Of a stretch of DNA of 36,878 bases, positions 34,778-36,878 are shown one piece after another. Origin of the DNA: a virus. Its lineage: Duplodnaviria; Caudoviricetes. How positions within the stretch are numbered: the first letter of the stretch is position 1; each line of letters starts with the position of its first letter. Location: IMG/VR virus record IMGVR_UViG_3300017747_002624, positions 1 to 36,878 of that record; one strand, written 5' to 3'. The notes beneath the pieces are model-generated. The model searched no databases and had not been told where the DNA came from. It saw nothing but the letters and a program-made list of their open reading frames with translations. Position numbers and translations under genes: made by a program.

Positions 34778-36234
34778 GCGAAAGTAGCCTTCATCATTCG
34801 CCGAGCAAGTCCAACAAACGCGCAAGCTGCTTGGAGCGCCACGACCTGATTTCCGAGGCTGCGCAGTTGATCTGCTTTGGATTCGTCCACCACCACGGAT
34901 TGCCCTGCAACCAGCCCACGAACGCCGGATTCAGTCGCCGGCGCGAGCCAGGGTTCGTCTCGCACGACGTCTGCCCATCGCGGATCGGTTGGGCCTGGGG
35001 CGAATGCTCCACATAGTTCGCTAGTTGATCCATGTGTTTCCTGCCCCCCCCCTGTTACCAGCGCGTGTTCCTCGCTGTTCGCGCCCTTGTGGTCCCGTGC
35101 CGCGGGTGTCGGCCATGATTTAATCGCGTCCGTCAAAGTTGTCCCGGCATGATGATTCCCATGCCCCCCCTTCGAGCCGTCCCTCGTCGCCGTGTCGTTC
35201 CTCGCTCCAAACGAGTCCGTCACAACAGGCGTCGGCCATGCTTGCGATTGCACGTTCAAACTCGTAATCGTCGAGCGCGGCCCACCTTTCATACGAGCCT
35301 TCATCGCCATGTGTGCCTCCGGCGTTTTGTTGTCGTCGTTCGCCACAGGTGTCATCCATTTATCTGCTTCCCTGTTGAGATCACGATGTCGCCCCCCCGC
35401 TCGGTCGTCCCTGCTCCGGGCGCCTTGTCTCGCGCTTGCGGCGTTGACCAATTCGATGTCATTGCAATCAGCCCCCCCTGATGCGAGGCCGGCGTTACCT
35501 TCGCTCCATCGTCCGCGGCCATCGGCGTTGCCCATGCGCCCACGTCCGCCGCCAGCGTCTTGCCGGTCGTGTTCGCCGTGTAGCTCGCGCCGTTCTTCGC
35601 CTCGGTTGCTCGCGGAGTTCCCCATGTCTTTACTGCCCCCCCCCAACGAGTCCACCGCGCCCGGATGATTCCCGCAGGATTCCGCGTCCTCGGCTCTGGT
35701 GCTGGGCCAAGACGAAGATCCTTTCGCGTTCGTGCGAAGCGCCAACGTCGGCTGCGGCGAGAGAACACCATTCCGCATCGAACCCGAGCGCGGCAAGGTC
35801 AGACAGGACGAGCTCAAGTCCGCCGCCTGAAACAAGTCCAGGCACGTTTTCGAGGAAGACAAGTGGCGGTTCGATTTCTGAAATGAGGCCAACGATTGCG
35901 GGCCAGAGCCAGCGTTCGTCGTCGGTGCCTTGCTGTCGTCCGGCGGCAGACCACGGCTGGCACGGAAATCCCGCCACAATGCAATCCACCGCTCCAGACC
36001 ACATGCGCCAGTCGGCGTCCTCGAAGTTGCCGACGAAAACAGGCGCTGGCTCCAGGGCCTTGTCTGCCATCCGCGCCAGGAGGATGGACGCGGCGAAGCT
36101 TTCCCGCTCACAGTAACCCACCACTTTTGCGGGGCGTCCGAGGAGGCATTCGACGCCGAGTGACAATCCCTCGTCCAGCATTCCGATTCCGCTGCACAAG
36201 GACAGCACAGTGATGGCGGGATCAGCCATGTCAT
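34774..36234 (-). CDS. C5-MTase overlapping-frame polypeptide (beta-type N-terminus, WxTP modules, motif X)
   Basis: 486 aa from ATG 36234; contains WPST, WMTP, WPTP, WPTP and ends with motif X (QLRSLGNQVVALQA). Confidence 0.65.
   Translation of the reverse strand: MTWLIPPSLCCPCAAESECWTRDCHSASNASSDAPQKWWVTVSGKASPRPSSWRGWQTRPWSQRLFSSATSRTPTGACGLERWIALWRDFRASRGLPPDDSKAPTTNAGSGPQSLASFQKSNRHLSSSKTCLDLFQAADLSSSCLTLPRSGSMRNGVLSPQPTLALRTNAKGSSSWPSTRAEDAESCGNHPGAVDSLGGGSKDMGNSASNRGEERRELHGEHDRQDAGGGRGRMGNADGRGRWSEGNAGLASGGADCNDIELVNAASARQGARSRDDRAGGRHRDLNREADKWMTPVANDDNKTPEAHMAMKARMKGGPRSTITSLNVQSQAWPTPVVTDSFGARNDTATRDGSKGGHGNHHAGTTLTDAIKSWPTPAARDHKGANSEEHALVTGGGQETHGSTSELCGAFAPGPTDPRWADVVRDEPWLAPATESGVRGLVAGQSVVVDESKADQLRSLGNQVVALQAACAFVGLARRMMKATFA
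34794..35033 (-). CDS. C5-MTase motif IX-bearing peptide in an alternative frame
   Basis: RRRLNPAFVGWLQGNPWWWT is motif IX-like; AGGA 5 nt before ATG 35033. Confidence 0.6.
   Translation of the reverse strand: MDQLANYVEHSPQAQPIRDGQTSCETNPGSRRRLNPAFVGWLQGNPWWWTNPKQINCAASEIRSWRSKQLARLLDLLGE
35044..35644 (-). repeat. Five poly-G tracts on the coding strand
   Basis: Plus-strand C9 35636-35644, C7 35472-35478, C7 35392-35398, C7 35164-35170, C9 35044-35052. Confidence 0.92.
35352..35635 (-). other. Currently out-of-frame block of three WxTP modules
   Basis: Third frame reads AVKTWGTPRATE...WATPMAADD...WSTPQARD between the tracts at 35636 and 35398. Confidence 0.75.
35630..36229 (-). CDS. DNA cytosine-5 methyltransferase catalytic part (motifs I-VIII), ending right after a G9 tract
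   Basis: LSLCSGIG (I), AGFPCQPWS (IV), FLENVPGL (VI), HERERIFVLA (VIII); stop at GGG GGG GGG CAG TAA. Confidence 0.9.
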   Translation of the reverse strand: MADPAITVLSLCSGIGMLDEGLSLGVECLLGRPAKVVGYCERESFAASILLARMADKALEPAPVFVGNFEDADWRMWSGAVDCIVAGFPCQPWSAAGRQQGTDDERWLWPAIVGLISEIEPPLVFLENVPGLVSGGGLELVLSDLAALGFDAEWCSLAAADVGASHERERIFVLAQHQSRGRGILRESSGRGGLVGGGQ

Positions 36235-36244
36235 CTTGTCCGCC

Positions 36245-36445
36245 CTACTCGCCCGTTTCTTCGATCGTCTTGCCAGCCGAGCCGAGGGATACGCACTCGT
36301 CCGGGGTGGCCTTCTCGATGCTGAAGGACTGGAGCACGTAGCTCTCGACCGACGAGCGACGAGCTGCGCGAACGAGGCGCGGGGATGCGGTGACACCCGA
36401 CTCCTCGCGCGGTTTGACGATGTAGACGGTTCCTGTGGTGCTCAT
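36245..36445 (-). CDS. Hypothetical protein
   Basis: VYIV...RLVRA...A; GGAG RBS; ATGA overlap. Confidence 0.65.
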   Translation of the reverse strand: MSTTGTVYIVKPREESGVTASPRLVRAARRSSVESYVLQSFSIEKATPDECVSLGSAGKTIEETGE

Positions 36446-36834
36446 GCGACTGCTCTCCCTGTGATGAGGTTGCGAAGCAATTTGTTCTCGGCCTCCAAGC
36501 GCTCGCGCTCGAGGTGTTCGACCGCGAAGCGGCGTTCCATTTCGGTCTGGCGTGGGACGAGCGAATAGCCCCGCTGCATGGCCCAGTACGCGAGCGGCAG
36601 ATCGTTCCCGCACTGGTCGAGGAACGACGCGAGGTTTGCGGGCTTCATGCCGACATCGCCCTGCTTGAAGCGGGACCAGGTAGCCGGGTCCATCCCCGCC
36701 GCTGCTGCGGCCTGCTTGTCCTCAAGCCCGCCGAGATCAGCGGCGAGCGTGAAGGCGCGAAGCATGTCTCTCGGGCGCTGGATGATTGACTCGTCCAGAA
36801 ACATCGGCTCACGGGGAAGGACAAGCTGCGTCAT
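36442..36834 (-). CDS. CII-like HTH transcription regulator
   Basis: DKQAAAAAGMDPATWSRFKQG HTH plus coiled coil; directly downstream of cro on the circle. Confidence 0.7.
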   Translation of the reverse strand: MTQLVLPREPMFLDESIIQRPRDMLRAFTLAADLGGLEDKQAAAAAGMDPATWSRFKQGDVGMKPANLASFLDQCGNDLPLAYWAMQRGYSLVPRQTEMERRFAVEHLERERLEAENKLLRNLITGRAVA

Positions 36835-36878
36835 GAGTTGAACGCCAAGAGACTTGACGCGACTTGACGTTCAAAGCG
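36756..36878. repeat. Terminal direct repeat, copy 2
   Basis: Identical to 1-123. Confidence 0.95.

Noticed and set aside
34774-36229. Simple dead pseudogene or pure homopolymer sequencing error
   Set aside because: Not preferred, because all frame changes fall on G tracts that cluster only here, the catalytic motifs are intact, and I saw no frameshifts elsewhere. It is not excluded without raw reads.
33932-36445. Restriction-modification system around the MTase
   Set aside because: No endonuclease-like ORF is adjacent; the neighbours are the replication initiator and a small hypothetical gene, so it is an orphan MTase.

Overview
The window looks like a complete, circularly assembled temperate phage genome of about 36.75 kb; bases 1-123 recur exactly at 36756-36878. 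It is GC-rich, and the host is probably a proteobacterium (inference). The layout is lambdoid: a cro/cI switch with four AATAC-N5-GTATT operators; a + strand early arm (SSB-like protein, NinB, Lar, xis, an intact attP matching a tRNA-Leu-like 3' end, tyrosine integrase); and a - strand arm (CII-like regulator, C5 DNA methyltransferase locus, DUF1376 initiator with iterons, two RusA copies, terminase, portal, scaffold, capsid, podovirus-type adaptor/nozzle/ejection proteins, tail fibre, lysis genes). The most unusual region is the methyltransferase locus (34774-36234). It is coded in two overlapping frames, carries seven WxTP modules, and is cut by five G7-G9 tracts whose lengths decide which modules and conserved motifs end up in which polypeptide, so it is a candidate combinatorial phase-variable epigenetic switch. 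Second is a glycosyltransferase cassette (a GT-A enzyme plus a GT-A::Maf-like fusion) inside the head operon. All product calls come from motif recognition and gene order by eye; no searches were run.
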